From Acidobacteriota bacterium (lineage in GTDB: Bacteria; Acidobacteriota; UBA6911; RPQK01; JAJDTT01), in NCBI GenBank assembly GCA_965263035.1, contig OZ253580.1:5536001-5600000 (forward strand): a stretch of 64,000 nt of DNA, given 5' to 3'. Positions 49,201 through 61,763 of the stretch are shown piece by piece. Position 1 is the stretch's first letter; each line of letters opens with the position of its first letter. The notes beneath the pieces are model-generated. The model was not told the origin of the DNA, did not search any database, and saw only the letters and a list, made by a program, of their open reading frames with translations. The translations under genes and the position numbers were made by a program.

Positions 49201-52200
49201 GATCCCTGTCTCTCCGTACTCCGCCGCTGGACTCACCGTCAGCCGAACCTCACTCCCGGTCACCTGAACCCGGGTCACGGTGCGCGTCTCGTTGCCTCCC
49301 GCCACGGTGAAGTCGCTGGTCGCCGGCCGCGAAGAGGTGTTGAGCGGTTCGTTGTAGGTCAGCGTCAGCGTCGCGCCGTTGACCACCGCCGGATCGGTCA
49401 GTGCCAGGACCGGGGCGACCGCGTCCACCTGGTGGCTCGAATTGTCCGCCACCGCGTTATGGTCCAAGGTGGCGTCATTCTGGGCACCGTCGCGGATCGT
49501 CCCGCCGCTTCGCGACAGCCCGTTCGCCTCGATGCTCACGCCGTCCTCGTCGTTGTCCCCAGTGACCACCCGGTAGGTGAACTTCACCGCCCGGTTCGAG
49601 ACGCTCTGGTACTCTGCCGTTCGATTGCGGCCCCCTACGTTCAGGGTCACTTCGGGCGTCCCCGTCACCACCACCGTCTCGTCGAACGTCACCGTCACTT
49701 CGATGGTCTCGTCCACGCCGTAGATCCGGTCCGACCCCGCACTCGAGGTGATCGCGACCATACTCACCACCGGTCCCGCCGTGTCTCCCGTCTGGTTAGT
49801 GACGCTCTTGTTGCTCAACCGGTCCGCATCGTTGCCCGCCGTGTCCTGGATCGGATTCGATCCCGGCTCGTAGTTCACCCGGAGGCCGCTCTCTCCGTCC
49901 GTTACTGCCGAGCTCAGCGTCAGGAAAACGGCACTCCCGTCGACCCGAACTGCCCTGACCGTCCGCGTCTCGCTCCCTCCCGTCACGGTGAAGTCGTCCG
50001 TCGACGGTCTCGAAGAGGAATCCAGCGGCTCGCCGTAGGCCAGCGTCAGCGTCGTCCCGTTCACGACTGTCCCGTCGGACGTCGCCAGCACCGGCTTGAC
50101 CCCATCCACCTTGTGGCTCGAATCGGCCGCCACCGGCGCGTGGTTCAGCACGGCGTTATTCTGGGCGCCGTCGCGGATCGTGCCGCTGGACAGGCGGTTC
50201 GCCTCGATCCTCACCCCGTACGGGGCCGCGTCGCCCGAGACCACTTTGTATTCGAACCTCACGGCCGCCCCCGTGACGTCCTGGTAGTTGGCCGTTCGGC
50301 TCCGGCCGCCCACGTTCAGCGTCAACCGCGGGGTCCCCGTCACCACCACCGTCTCGTCAAACGTCACCGTGACCTCGATGAGATCATCCACCGCGTAGGT
50401 CTGATCCGACCCCGCATTGGAGGTGATCCGAACCGTCTCCACCACCGGCTCCGTCGTGTCTCCCGTCTTGTTCGTGACCGGTTGGTTGTTCAACTCATCC
50501 GCGGCGTTGCCCACCAAGTCCCGGATTGGATTCGACCCCGGCTGGTAGCTCAACCGGAGGCCGCTCTCTGTGTCTTGCACCGCCGGGCTCAAGGTCAGGA
50601 AAACGGCGTTTCCGCTCACCTGGACTCGGGTCACCGTCCGTGTCTCACTGCCCCCGGTCACCGAGAAGGCGCTCGCCGCCGGTCTCGAGGACGAGTTCAG
50701 CGGCTCGCTGTAGGCCAGCGTCAGCGTCGTTCCGTTCACCACCGCCCCGTCCGTCGTCGCCAGGCTGGGCTTGACCCCATCCACCTTGTGCCGCGAATCG
50801 GGCGCCACTGCTGCATGGGTCAACGTCGCGTCATTCCGGGCCCCGTCGCGGATCGTCCCGCTCCCTCGCGACAGGCTGTTTGCGTCGATGCTCACGCCGT
50901 CCCGGTCCCGGTCGCTCAAGACGACCTTGTACTCGAACTTGACGGTGGAGCCCGAGACGCTCAGGTATTCCGCCGTTCGATTCTGTCCGCCTACGTTCAG
51001 CGTCAACCGCGGGGTCCCCGTCACCACCACCGTCTCGTTGAACGTCACGGCCACCTCGATGGAATCATCCACGGCGTAAGTTGAATCCGACCCCGCGCTC
51101 GAAGTGATCCTCACCATCTCGACCGTCGGTCCCGTCGTGTCTCCCGTGACGTTGGTGACCGAGCGGTTGCTCAACCGGTCCGCGTCGTTGCCCGCTTGGT
51201 CCTGGATCGGGTTCGCTCCCGTTCCCGTCGGGATCGTGTAGCCCACCCGCAGTCCCGTCTCTCCATGCTCCACCGCCGGAGTCAGGGTCAGCTCCGCCGC
51301 GCTTCCGCTCACCCGGACGCCGGTGACCGTCCGCGTCTCATTCCCTCCGGTCACGGAGAAGGCGTTGTTCCCCGGTGCCGAAGACGTATCCAGCGGCTCA
51401 CTGTAGGCCAGCGTCAGCATCGTTCCGTTGGCGACGGCGCCGTCGGTGCTCGCCAGTACGGGTTTGATGCCGTCCACCTTCTGCCCGGTGTCGGCCGCCA
51501 CGGCCGAATGGGTCAGGACGGCATTGTTCCTGGCGGTATCCCGGATCGTCCCGCCCGACAAGCTGTCCGCCTCGATGCTCACGCCGTCCGTGTCGCTGTC
51601 GTTGACGGCCACGGTGTAGGCAAATACCACCACCGCCCCCGTGACGCTCTCGTAGTTCGCTGATCGGTCCCTTTCTCCCACCTTCAGCGTCACCCGGGGC
51701 GTCCCGGTCACCACCACCGTCTCGCTGAACGTCACCGTGACCTCGATGAGATCATCCATCGCGTAGGTCTGATCCGACCCCGCATTGGAGGTGATCCTCA
51801 CCGTCTGCACGGTCGGCCCCGTCGTGTCTCCCGTGTTGTTGGTGACCGGTTCGTTGTTCAACTCCTCCGCGGCGTTGCCCACCGTGTCCTCGATCGGGTT
51901 GTCCCCCGCCTGGTAGTTCAACCGGAGGCCGCTCTCTGTGTCCGTTACGGCCGGGTTCAACGTCAACACGACCGAGTTTCCGCTCACCTGGACCCGGGTC
52001 ACCGTCCGCGTCTGACTGCCCCCGGTCACCGAGAAAGCGCTCGCCGCCGGTCTCGAGGAAGAGTTCAGTGGCTCACTATAGGCTAGTGAGAGCGCCGTTC
52101 CGTTCACAACCGCCCCGTCGGTATTGGCCAGCACCGGCAGAATCCCGTCTACTCTGTGCCGGGAATCGGCCGCCACCGCCGCGTGGTCCAAGGTGGCGTT

Positions 52201-55200
52201 ATTCCGGGCGCCGTCGCGGATCGTCCCTCCACCGCGCGACAAGCTGTCCGCATCGATACTCACGCCGTCCTCGTCGTTGTCCCCAGTGACCACCCGGTAG
52301 GTGAACTTCACCGCCCGGTTCGAGACGCTCTGGTACTCTGCCGTCCGGTCCCGGCTGCCCACGTTCAGGGTCAGTTCGGGCGTTCCCGTCACCACCACCG
52401 TCTCGTTGAACGTCACCGTCACCTCGATGTCATCGTCCCCGGCGTAGGTTGAATCCGACCCCGCGCTCGAGGTGATCGCCACGGTGCTCACCGTCGGTCC
52501 CGTCGTGTCTCCCGTGACGTTGGTGACCGAGCGGTTGCTCAACCGGTCCGCGTCGTTGCCCGCCTGGTCCTGGATCGGGTTCGCTCCCGTTCCCGTCGGG
52601 ATCGTGTAGCCCACCCGCAGCCCCGTCTCTCCATGCTCCACCGCCGGATCCACGGTCAGCTCCACTGCACTCCCGCTCACCTGGACGTTGGTGACCGTTC
52701 GCGTCTCACTGCCTCCTGTCACGGAGAAGGCGTCGTTCTCCGGGACCGAGGATGGGTCCAATGGCTCGCTGTAGGCCAGCGTCAACATCGTCCCGTTGGC
52801 GACCGCCCCGTCGGTGCTCGCCAGTACGGGTTTGATGCCGTCCACCTGCTGCCCGGTGTCGGCCGCCACGGCCGAATGGGTCAGGACGGCATTGTTCCTG
52901 GCGGTATCCCGGATCGTCCCGCCGGACAGGCTGTCCGCCTCGATGCTCACGCCGTCGGTGTCGCTGTCGTTGACGGCCACGGTGTAGGCAAATACCACCA
53001 CCGCACCCGTGACACTCTCGTAGTTCGCCGATCGATCCCGTTCCCCTACCTTCAGCGTCACCCGGGGCGTCCCGGTCACCATCACGGTCTCGCTGAAGGT
53101 CACTGTCGCCTCGATCACATCGCCGGTCGCGTAGGTGTCCCGGTTGTCTGGAGGATTCGAGGTGATCTCGACGCTGCTTACCGTCGGCGAGGTCGTGTCC
53201 GGCGTGTCGTTGGTCACCGGCTCCTGGCTCAGCGCCTCCGCCTCGTTTCCCGCCACGTCCCGGAGCCGGTTCATCCCAGGCGTGTAGCTCACCGTGATCC
53301 CCGCCTCTTCGTGCTCGGCCGCTGGGTCGAGGGTCAACTCCACCGCGCTTCCGCTCACCCGGACGCCGGTGACCGTCCGCGTCTCATTCCCTCCGGTCAC
53401 GGAGAAGGCGTCGTTCCCCGGTGCCGAAGACGTATCCAGCGGCTCACTGTAGGCCAGCGTCAGCATCGTTCCGTTGGCGACCGCCCCGTCGGTGCTCGCC
53501 AGTACGGGTTTAATGCCGTCCACCTTCTGCCCGGTGTCGGCCGCCACGGCCGAATGGGTCAGGACGGCATTGTTCCTGGCGGTATCCCGGATCGTCCCGC
53601 CCGACAGGCTGTCCGCCTCGATGCTCACGCCGTCCGTGTCGCTGTCGTTGACGGCCACGGTGTAGGCAAATACCACCACCGCCCCCGTGAGGCTCTCGTA
53701 GTTCGCCGATCGGTCCCTTTCTCCCACCTTCAGCGTCACCCGGGGCGTCCCGGTCACCACCACCGTCTCGCTGAAGGTGACCGTCACTTCCATCTCATCC
53801 CCCGGGGCGTAGGTCGCGTCCGGCCCCGGATTCGAGGTGATCGCCACCCTGCTCACCACCGGCGCTTGGGTGTCCACCGCAAACGCCGCGCTCGCCGCCA
53901 GGTTGCCGTTGTTCAAAGGGCCCACCACCGCGCCCGCCGTCACCGTCACCGTCACGTCATCTTCAATGCCGGCGTCCGGCGCGATGTCGAGGGTGTAGAC
54001 CGCCCCCGCGCCCGCGAAGTTCGACCCTGCGCCCTTGGTCACCTCGATCTCATTGGCTGCCAGCCCCGTTACCGGCTCCGAGAAGGTGATCGTCACCGTG
54101 AACCCGTCCTTCGTCGGATGCGTTCCACTACTCGTGATCGACATCACGGGGGGGCCAGTGGACCGGGGGGGATGACATGCGATACGGGAACTTCCGACAG
54201 CATGGTTCCGCCGGCCGTGCAGATGCCGGCCGAAGCGCAGGACTGGCCGGCAACCAGGGCGAAGGTAATCGGGCCAACGCCCGTGGGAGTCAGGGTGACG
54301 AGATAGGCGTTGGCCGGATCTCCGGGCGCCACATGGGGGCTGATGCCGGCGATCGTGGCGCCGGTGACGCTGACCGATGGCCAGGTGGTGGCGGCAGGGT
54401 CCGGGTCCACCACGGGCCGGCTGAAGGCAACCACCACCTTCGGTGCATCGGTTGGGCCGAGATGGAATGCCGAACTGGCAGGACTCTCGACTATCTCCGC
54501 CCTCAGCGGGCCGGGCGTGTCCGCCAGCGCCACGAACTCCACCGGGTAGGCCCGGGTGGGCTGGACCTGCTCGCTATTGTGGTATTCGGGATGCGTGATC
54601 TTAAAGGCAAGCAGTTCTTCGTTGGTGAGCGGATCGAACTCGGTCAGCGACGCTTCAAGGGGAAGGACCGAGCCGCCCCGGTCATCGCCACGGCCCCAGC
54701 TGATCAGCCAATTGCCGTTGTCCATGCGGTGGATGTGGCCCTGGGCTATCGAGAACCGGTCACAGTCGTTGCCCAGGCAATGATCGCGTACAAAGACCGC
54801 TTCACCGTTGTCGGGGTCGAGCGCATACTCCACGACGCGGCTGAACTCCGAATTCGTTCGTTGGGTATCGCCCGTCTCCGGGTCGGAAAGGCAGTGGTTG
54901 CCGTTGTCGAAGAGCAGGAGATGCCCGTTGGGTATCAGCCGTGCGGAATGCTGCCCGCAGAACTCTCCGTGGGGATCGCCGACGATCTTGAGCGGCGCCG
55001 GCATGCCGAGATCCTCCCACTCCGCGTCGCTCCGGTTGCTGCGTCCCAACAGCCATTCCGGGTCTTTCGTTTCGCGGTCGATCCGCCACACCTGCGAGCA
55101 GCCGCGGAACGAGGCGATGATGTCCGCCTCGTCCACGACCTGCACCGAGTTGATATGAGCGTAGTCATTCGGGAAGCGGTGCTGTCGACAATCGTTCAGG

Positions 55201-57131
55201 TACATGTGGTCCCACGAGTTCCAGAAGAAGGCGCGCCTTTCCGCCGGGGTCACTTCTTCGATGACCGAGTCCTCCGTTGCCTGCGTGGTGCTGTATGGAT
55301 TGTCGTCCTCATCGGTATAGGCGCTGAAGTCATGAAAGGCGGGCTCGTAGGCCATGAAGACGTAGTTGCCGTTCTCTCTGATCGCAAAGTCGTGACCGCC
55401 AGTCACCGTGAGCGCAGGAGTAGTCGCGACCCGTTCCACTTCTTCCAGATTCTCGTCAAGGATGACGATTTGGCTGGCGGTCCAGTAAGAGTATGGATAC
55501 CTTCCGTCGGGGTGGGCCTTGAAATGGGTCGCACGCCTGTTGAGGCGCCGTTGCCAGCGCGGAACGCCGTTGGCATCGATAATCGCCAGATAGGTGGAGT
55601 GAGTCTGGCGTCCGGGTCCAATTTGTGCATAGACCGAGATCAGCTCGGTTGAAGCTCCCGGTTCCTTGATTGTGCGTTCGATGGCCGAATTCCTGCTATC
55701 CATGCAGTGCACAACGTAGGTCGTACTCGTGCCGTTGCTGCCGGTCGTGAGGATAATCCGGACATCGCTGTCCCCCTCCACCGGTACCTCAACGGTCGCA
55801 TTCTTGTCGTTCGCCTGCACCCCGTTGACGGCGACGCGCGTTCCCTCGTTTTTTGCGGAGAAGGTCAGCGTCATAGTGTCGTTGTCCGTGCATCCGACGG
55901 CGTAGTGGAGAATGTCGGCACTGAAAGCGGGTCGCATATTCCATCTGTCAGGGTCGGCCGTCGAGGTGGCTGTCGTCACGTTGAGGTGATCGAGAAGCTC
56001 CGCGGTCACGACCTCAGCCGAGACGGCGCGGGCGCTTTGGCCGGCAGTGTGGGAGTGGGTGTAGTCTGCCGTCACCCGCAGGTAGGCGCCCGTATCGGCG
56101 GCCGTCGGCGTGTAGCTGGCTGCCGTCTCTCCGTCGATGACCACCCAGGTGTTGCGGCCCACTGAGCGCTCCCACTGCCAGGTAGGCGTGCCGCTGCCCT
56201 CATCCGGGTCGCTCAGCGTCGCCCTCACGGCCGTACCGAGCTGGGGCCGCGCCGTGTCCAGCGAGATTGCGCCATCCTCGTTCTCGTCGGTGACCGTGAC
56301 GGTCACACGCAGGGGATCCAGATTGGTGAAAGGGGTGCCGGCTCCGGCCAACACGGTCACCTCGTAGGCGTTGTCGATGTCCTCGTCGTCGGGCGCTTCG
56401 TAGTCCGGCAGCTTGGGGAAGGGGTTGTCGCCGTCCGGGTCGATGTGGAAGCGAAGGACGCCCCGTGGGTTGTCGATGCTGAAGTGGTCCTTGTCGTCTC
56501 CGGTGAGAATCCACGTGATGCCGTCCCGGTCCGCCTCAGACGAGGCGGTGTAGGTGGCCACCCGAGTGGCCCCGTTCTCGGCGTACGGAACTGCGGCCGG
56601 CCCGGTTACCTCGGTTGCCAGTTCGATGACGTTCTCGACCGTCACGCGGATATCCGCAGTGACCGTGTTGTCGTTGTCGCTGACCTGCACGGTGATTTCA
56701 TAGGTCCGGTCGCCGTCGGCGTCGTCCGGGTTTTCATAGTCCTTGACGGCACTGAAAGCCAGGACACCGGTGGAACTGAGCGTGAACTTGTCCGCGTCCG
56801 CGCCTCCCCTGCCGTCCTGTGGAATCGTCCAGACCAGTTGGTCGCTTGCCGTGTCCTCGTCCGACGCGGTGAGGGTCGCCACCGCCGTTGTTCCCTCGGC
56901 AACGGTGAATGGCCCGCCACTGGTAATCTCGGGTGCTGCCTGCGCCTGTGCGTCCGTGTTGGAGGGGAGGAAGAGCACGAGCGCAAACAGATAGACTGCA
57001 CTGCGGCTCGGGGTGCAGCCCTTGAGAGCCGCGATGACGGATCGCAGAAACATCGGCAAGGCGACGCGAAGGAAAAGGGAGGTCCGGCGGGTGCACGACA
57101 AAAAAGTGACGACTGGATCAGGCTGCGGCAT
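46290..57131 (-). pseudogene. Second giant surface protein (~3600 aa) split by two frameshifts: cadherin, arylsulfotransferase-like, Ig-like and SwmB-like repeats, polyPro, Fn3, two C-terminal domains
   Basis: Three consecutive ORFs (54144-57254, 48208-54147, 46290-48230); ASST-like HDF..DYAHINSV..GQH..LLLFDNG; C-terminal half colinear with the first giant gene. Confidence 0.8.
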
Positions 57132-57358
57132 TGAAATCGGCTCGCCATTCCCAGAAGTCACCAAAACGCCCACTGAGTCGAACGCACCGAAGGGCCATGA
57201 TCGAATGAGCTCCCCGCACACTCCAATGCATCCCGGAACGTTTGAGTCGTGCACCGATGGCGCTAAGGATGTACGCTCTCATCCGGCATATCTTTAGACT
57301 CTTACCAGGCAGGGGGCTCCGAGCTGATGTGCGCTGTCTCTCCACATGGTGAGTTCCG

Positions 57359-57383
57359 TACAATAGACAATGTGTCAATTGTA
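57359..57383. promoter_or_regulatory. Conserved inverted repeat, candidate operator (second copy at 45883-45907)
   Basis: TACAATAGACA-ATG-TGTCAATTGTA, retained upstream of both giant genes; contains TTGACA on the minus strand. Confidence 0.5.
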
Positions 57384-57584
57384 CGGAGGAACCCGGACGA
57401 TCTTGGAACACAAACATGAAATCTGAGTGAAAATTTGGCTGTATTAGTGATAATATGGTGAAATATTCCACCCGGACCGCTCTCGCCGGCGGCGACTGAG
57501 CGCGGCGCACCCGGATCCTCCGTCGAAACGACGCCGGGGGACGGGGCACCGAAGTTGGCTCCGGGGTCTGACGAGGTTGGGAAA

Positions 57585-59927
57585 ATGAAGAGTGGCGACG
57601 AATTGAGGCGAGAAAACGACGCGCTACGAGAGCGCATCTCCCGGCTGAGCGCCGCCATCCTGCGTATCAGCGCGACCCTCGACGTCGGCGCCGTCCTGCG
57701 CGAGGTCGTGGACAGCGCCCGCGCGTTGACCGGCGCCCGCTACGGCGTGATTGCGACCATCGACGACGCGGGGCGGCCCCAGGAATTCGTCTCGTCCGGC
57801 CTCACTGCGGAAGAGCACCAACGGCTGGCGAACTGGTCCGGCGGGACGCAGCTCTTCGAGCACCTGCGGGGGCTTCGGGGAACGTTGAGACTTCGAGATC
57901 TGCCCGATTATTCCACCGCGCTCGGCCATCTCCCGAACCTGATGGGGTCGAAGACCATCCAGGGAGCGCCCATGCGTCATCGGGGCGTGCAAGTCGGCAA
58001 CTTCTTTCTCGGCGGGAAGGAGGGAGAGCAGGAGTTCACGAGCGAGGACGAAGAGACCCTGGTGCTGTTCGCATCTCAGGCGGCGACGGCCATCGCCAAC
58101 GCCCGTACGCACCGGGACGAGCAGCGGGCCCGGGCTGACCTGGAGGTCCTGGTCGACACCTCGCCGGTGGGCGTGGTGGTCATGGAGGCCAGGACCGCCA
58201 AGCCGGTATCGTTCAATCGGGAAGCGATGCGGATCGTGGAAGGTCTGTTCACACCGGGTCAATCCACGGAGCAGTGGCTGGAGGTTGTGACCTGCCGGTT
58301 CGGCGACGGGCGGGAGTTCTCCGCAAGAAAGTTCCCGCTGGAGCAAGTGCTGAGCAACGCTACCCAGGTACGCGCCGAGGAGATCGTCCTCCGGGTCCCC
58401 GACGGCCGGAGTGTCACGACGCTGTTCAATGCCTCGCCGGTCCGTTCCGAGGACGGCACGGTCGAGTCCGTGATCGTCACCCTTCAGGACTTGGCTCCTC
58501 TGAAGGAGCTGGAGCGGTTGCGGGCCGAGTTCCTGGGTATGGTGAGCCACGAACTACGGGTTCCGCTGACCTCCATCAAGGGCTCGGCCGCCACCGCGCT
58601 GCGGGCGTCGCCGACCCCGGACCCGGCCGTAGTGCAGCAGTTCCTCCGCATCATCGATGAGCAGGCCGATCACATGCACAGCCTGATCGACGATCTGCTG
58701 GATGCGGGTCGCATCGAGGCGGGCACGCTGGCGGTCGGCCCCGAGCCCACGGAGGTGGCCAGCTTGGTGGAACAGGCCAGGAACATGTTTCTGAGTGGAG
58801 AAGGCCGGCACCCCGTCCAGATCGACCTGCCGCCGGATCTGCCCCGGGTGATGGCCGACCGCGGCCGCATCGTCCAGGTATTGACCAACCTTTTGTCCAA
58901 CGCGGCCCGGCACTCGCCCGAGTCATCCCCCATCCGGGTTGCCGCGGAGCGGGAGGGCGTTCACGTGGCGATCTCGGTTTCCGACAAAGGCCAAGGGGTA
59001 CCGCTGGATCAGCTGCCGCACCTGTTCCGGAAGTCCGCGCGTGTTGGCGGTGATCGCGGGATCAGGGGATCCGGTCTGGGTCTGGCCATCTGCAAGGGTC
59101 TGGTGGAGGCCCACGGGGGGCGCATCCGCGCCGAGAGTGGCGGGACGGGCCTGGGCACGCGGTTCACCTTCACGATTCCGGTGGCGGAAGACGCCGCGCC
59201 CGGCTTCGCCCGGAGCTCTTCCGGCCCGCCTCGTGAAGGGGGGGAACGAACCCGCATCCTGGTGGTGGACGACGACCCGCAGACGCTCCGCTACGTGCGG
59301 GACGCGCTGACGGCCGCTGGCTACTCCCCCCTGGTGACGGGCGATCCTCAGGAGGTGTCCGGCCTGATCAAGTCGAAGAAGCCCCGGCTGGTGCTCCTGG
59401 ACCTGATACTGCCCGGGATCGACGGCATCGAGTTGATGGAGCGGGTCCCCGAGATGGCAGATCTCCCGGTCCTCTTCATCTCCGGCTACGGACGGGACGA
59501 GACGATCGCCCGGGCCCTGGAGGCCGGGGCCGCCGATTACATCGTCAAGCCCTTCTCGCCGACGGAGCTGACGGCGAGAGTCCGGGCGGCCCTGCGCCGG
59601 CGCGACGAGCCGCCCGAACCCTTCCGGTTGGAGGATTTGGCCATCCACTACGAGGAACGCCGGGTGACCGTCGCCGGCCGTCCGGTGCATCTGACGACCA
59701 CGGAATACAATCTGCTGTGCGTGCTCTCGGTCAATGCCGGACGGGTCATGACGTACGATTCCCTGCTGCGCCAAGTGTGGAGCCGGGAAGATTCCGGCGA
59801 CGTGCGGCCGGTGCGCGCCTTCGTGAAGATCCTCCGCCGCAAGCTGGGCGATGACGCCGCCAACCCGACCTATATCTTCAACGAGCGCCGGGTCGGCTAC
59901 CGCATGGTCAGACCCGGCGGCCGGTGA
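57585..59927 (+). CDS. Hybrid regulator: GAF-PAS-HisKA-HATPase-REC-OmpR-type winged HTH
   Basis: VSHELRVPL H-box, NLLSNA, DKGQG, GSGLGLAI, ILVVDDD, LLDLILPG, KPF, LTTTEYNLL..LRRKLGDD..VGYRM. Confidence 0.92.
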   Translation: MKSGDELRRENDALRERISRLSAAILRISATLDVGAVLREVVDSARALTGARYGVIATIDDAGRPQEFVSSGLTAEEHQRLANWSGGTQLFEHLRGLRGTLRLRDLPDYSTALGHLPNLMGSKTIQGAPMRHRGVQVGNFFLGGKEGEQEFTSEDEETLVLFASQAATAIANARTHRDEQRARADLEVLVDTSPVGVVVMEARTAKPVSFNREAMRIVEGLFTPGQSTEQWLEVVTCRFGDGREFSARKFPLEQVLSNATQVRAEEIVLRVPDGRSVTTLFNASPVRSEDGTVESVIVTLQDLAPLKELERLRAEFLGMVSHELRVPLTSIKGSAATALRASPTPDPAVVQQFLRIIDEQADHMHSLIDDLLDAGRIEAGTLAVGPEPTEVASLVEQARNMFLSGEGRHPVQIDLPPDLPRVMADRGRIVQVLTNLLSNAARHSPESSPIRVAAEREGVHVAISVSDKGQGVPLDQLPHLFRKSARVGGDRGIRGSGLGLAICKGLVEAHGGRIRAESGGTGLGTRFTFTIPVAEDAAPGFARSSSGPPREGGERTRILVVDDDPQTLRYVRDALTAAGYSPLVTGDPQEVSGLIKSKKPRLVLLDLILPGIDGIELMERVPEMADLPVLFISGYGRDETIARALEAGAADYIVKPFSPTELTARVRAALRRRDEPPEPFRLEDLAIHYEERRVTVAGRPVHLTTTEYNLLCVLSVNAGRVMTYDSLLRQVWSREDSGDVRPVRAFVKILRRKLGDDAANPTYIFNERRVGYRMVRPGGR

Positions 59928-60084
59928 GTCCCCCCCTTTCCTCACGACTCCTTTTCCCCCAGCGACGTGAAGCGGGGCAACCTGCGCGGGAACCCGGGGG
60001 GCAGGGAAATGGGTTAGGGAAGGTCTGATTAAGTCAGCGGCCTTCACGATAATTCTTCCATCGTCATTGAGTGGAGGGATAGAG

Positions 60085-60345
60085 GATGGAGCACTGGAGC
60101 GGCAAGGACTGCGGCTGAGCCCGGGGACGATCATGGACGTGCGCATCCTGGTGGCCCCTTCGTCGACCAAGAACCGGGAGCGGGCGCGGGACCCGGAGAT
60201 GCACCAGACGAAAAAGGGGAACAGTGGAATTTCGGGATGAAGGCGCATCTGGGGGTGGACGCAGAGGCGGGGCTGACGCACACGGTGGTGACGGCTCCGG
60301 CCAACCAACATGACGTGACGCAGGCGCCCCAGTTGATGCACGGGT
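60085..60345 (+). pseudogene. IS5-family transposase internal fragment
   Basis: [23 protein letters not shown] / [25 protein letters not shown] with a frameshift; no termini seen. Confidence 0.85.
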
Positions 60346-60552
60346 GCGGTCCGTCCCGCCAAGTCGTGAACCGCAAGCGTGGAACATCACCTGCTGATGT
60401 CTCGCTTAGTTTGTCCCGGGGCACCTATCGAACCATTCCACTGCAGAGAGAAACCGGCAAAATTCGTCAGGACTCCACGTTGGAGACGTCTCTGGACGCC
60501 GCGTCCGCTCCACGCTGAATCCGGACGACTATCTACAAGTCGTCAAGAGCAC

Positions 60553-61710
60553 TTAGGCGCTCGATATGGACTCCAGGAACTCGCGGGCGATCCGCTCATA
60601 ACGGTCCGGGTCCAGGTTCCAGGACCGGCCGTGGGAGGCACCGTGAAACGTCTCGCACCGGACCAGATCGGGACGGGAGCGGGCCAGCAGTTGGCTGGTT
60701 CGGAGCGGAACCAGGGTGTCTGCGCCGCCATGGAACACCAACGTGGGCGCCTGCAGGTGTTCCGTCTCCCTGACGTAATTCAGCTCCGTCCAGGGGAGCC
60801 CGAAACGAACTCGAGCCAGGGTCTTCGCCGCGTGGCGGAATAGCCAGGGATACCCTCGGTTTCGGGCGGCGAAGTCCACCGTGGCCTCAAGATCCAGGAC
60901 CGGCGAGTCCAGTATGACTCCCTTGACGGACCGAGCCAGGACCGATCGCCGCAGGAAACTCATGACCACGGATCCGCCCATGCTGTAGCCGACCAGGACC
61001 AAGCTTCGAGCCCCGGCCTCCAGGGCATGGCGAGCGGCTCCTTCCAGATCCTCCCACTCGGTGAGTCCATACCAGTGGCGTCCGTCCGGAGCGGGCTCGG
61101 TCTCCAGATCGTTTCGATAGGAGATGACCAGGCCGGGAAAGCCCAGATCCGCCGCCACCTTGAGCAGGGGGAAGGAGCGGAGGGCGCCGCTCGGCGGCGC
61201 GCCCCGTTTTCCGTGGACGAAGATGACCCAGGTGGCGCGGGAACCGGGGATCAGCCAGGCGGGGAAACGGCCCAGCGGCGAGCGGTATCGGACCGGTTGG
61301 ACCCGCAACCCGAAGGCTTCTTCCGGGTCGTCGGGAAAGGCGAAGCTGGTGAGCGTCACCTGGGTGCCGGGCGCCGGGTCTCCGTTCAGAAGACGAAGGC
61401 TTCGAGTCACCTTCCTCTTCCCCAGGTGCAAAATCTTGCCAACTTGGCCGTAACCCTCCGGCCAGCGCAGACCCCAGAGACCCTCCTGACGCCAGCCGTG
61501 GCTGGACCCGGTCTCCGGGAGGACTCCCAACGTCAAACGGTCCGATTCGACGTTGAGAACTTCAAGGGGCCGCGAGCCTCCCTGCGTCCTGGGTTCCAGG
61601 ACCCGGCGGCGGATCCGGTTGGAGAGGTGCCATGCTCCGGCCAGCCAGGCGGCGGCCAGGATGGCTAGCAAGAGGGCCAGCCACGCCGGGAAGGTCAGCG
61701 GGGTCTCCAT
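60553..61710 (-). CDS. Membrane-anchored alpha/beta-hydrolase
   Basis: WVIFVHG, GYSMGG nucleophile, LVFHGGAD, HG; N-terminal TM segment. Confidence 0.85.
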   Translation of the reverse strand: METPLTFPAWLALLLAILAAAWLAGAWHLSNRIRRRVLEPRTQGGSRPLEVLNVESDRLTLGVLPETGSSHGWRQEGLWGLRWPEGYGQVGKILHLGKRKVTRSLRLLNGDPAPGTQVTLTSFAFPDDPEEAFGLRVQPVRYRSPLGRFPAWLIPGSRATWVIFVHGKRGAPPSGALRSFPLLKVAADLGFPGLVISYRNDLETEPAPDGRHWYGLTEWEDLEGAARHALEAGARSLVLVGYSMGGSVVMSFLRRSVLARSVKGVILDSPVLDLEATVDFAARNRGYPWLFRHAAKTLARVRFGLPWTELNYVRETEHLQAPTLVFHGGADTLVPLRTSQLLARSRPDLVRCETFHGASHGRSWNLDPDRYERIAREFLESISSA

Positions 61711-61763
61711 CGGTTTCGATGGGTCGGAAGGAGGCCGGAAACGGCGTCCCGCATCACCGGGCG

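Noticed and set aside
26522-54306. Long + strand ORFs (e.g. 823, 920 and 1065 aa)
   Set aside because: Antisense shadows of GC-rich repetitive genes, with Arg/His-rich compositions and no recognisable motifs.
60211-60230. Possible extra palindrome copy (AAAAAGGGGAACAGTGG)
   Set aside because: It is the coding sequence of the IS5 transposase KKG motif and lacks the right arm.
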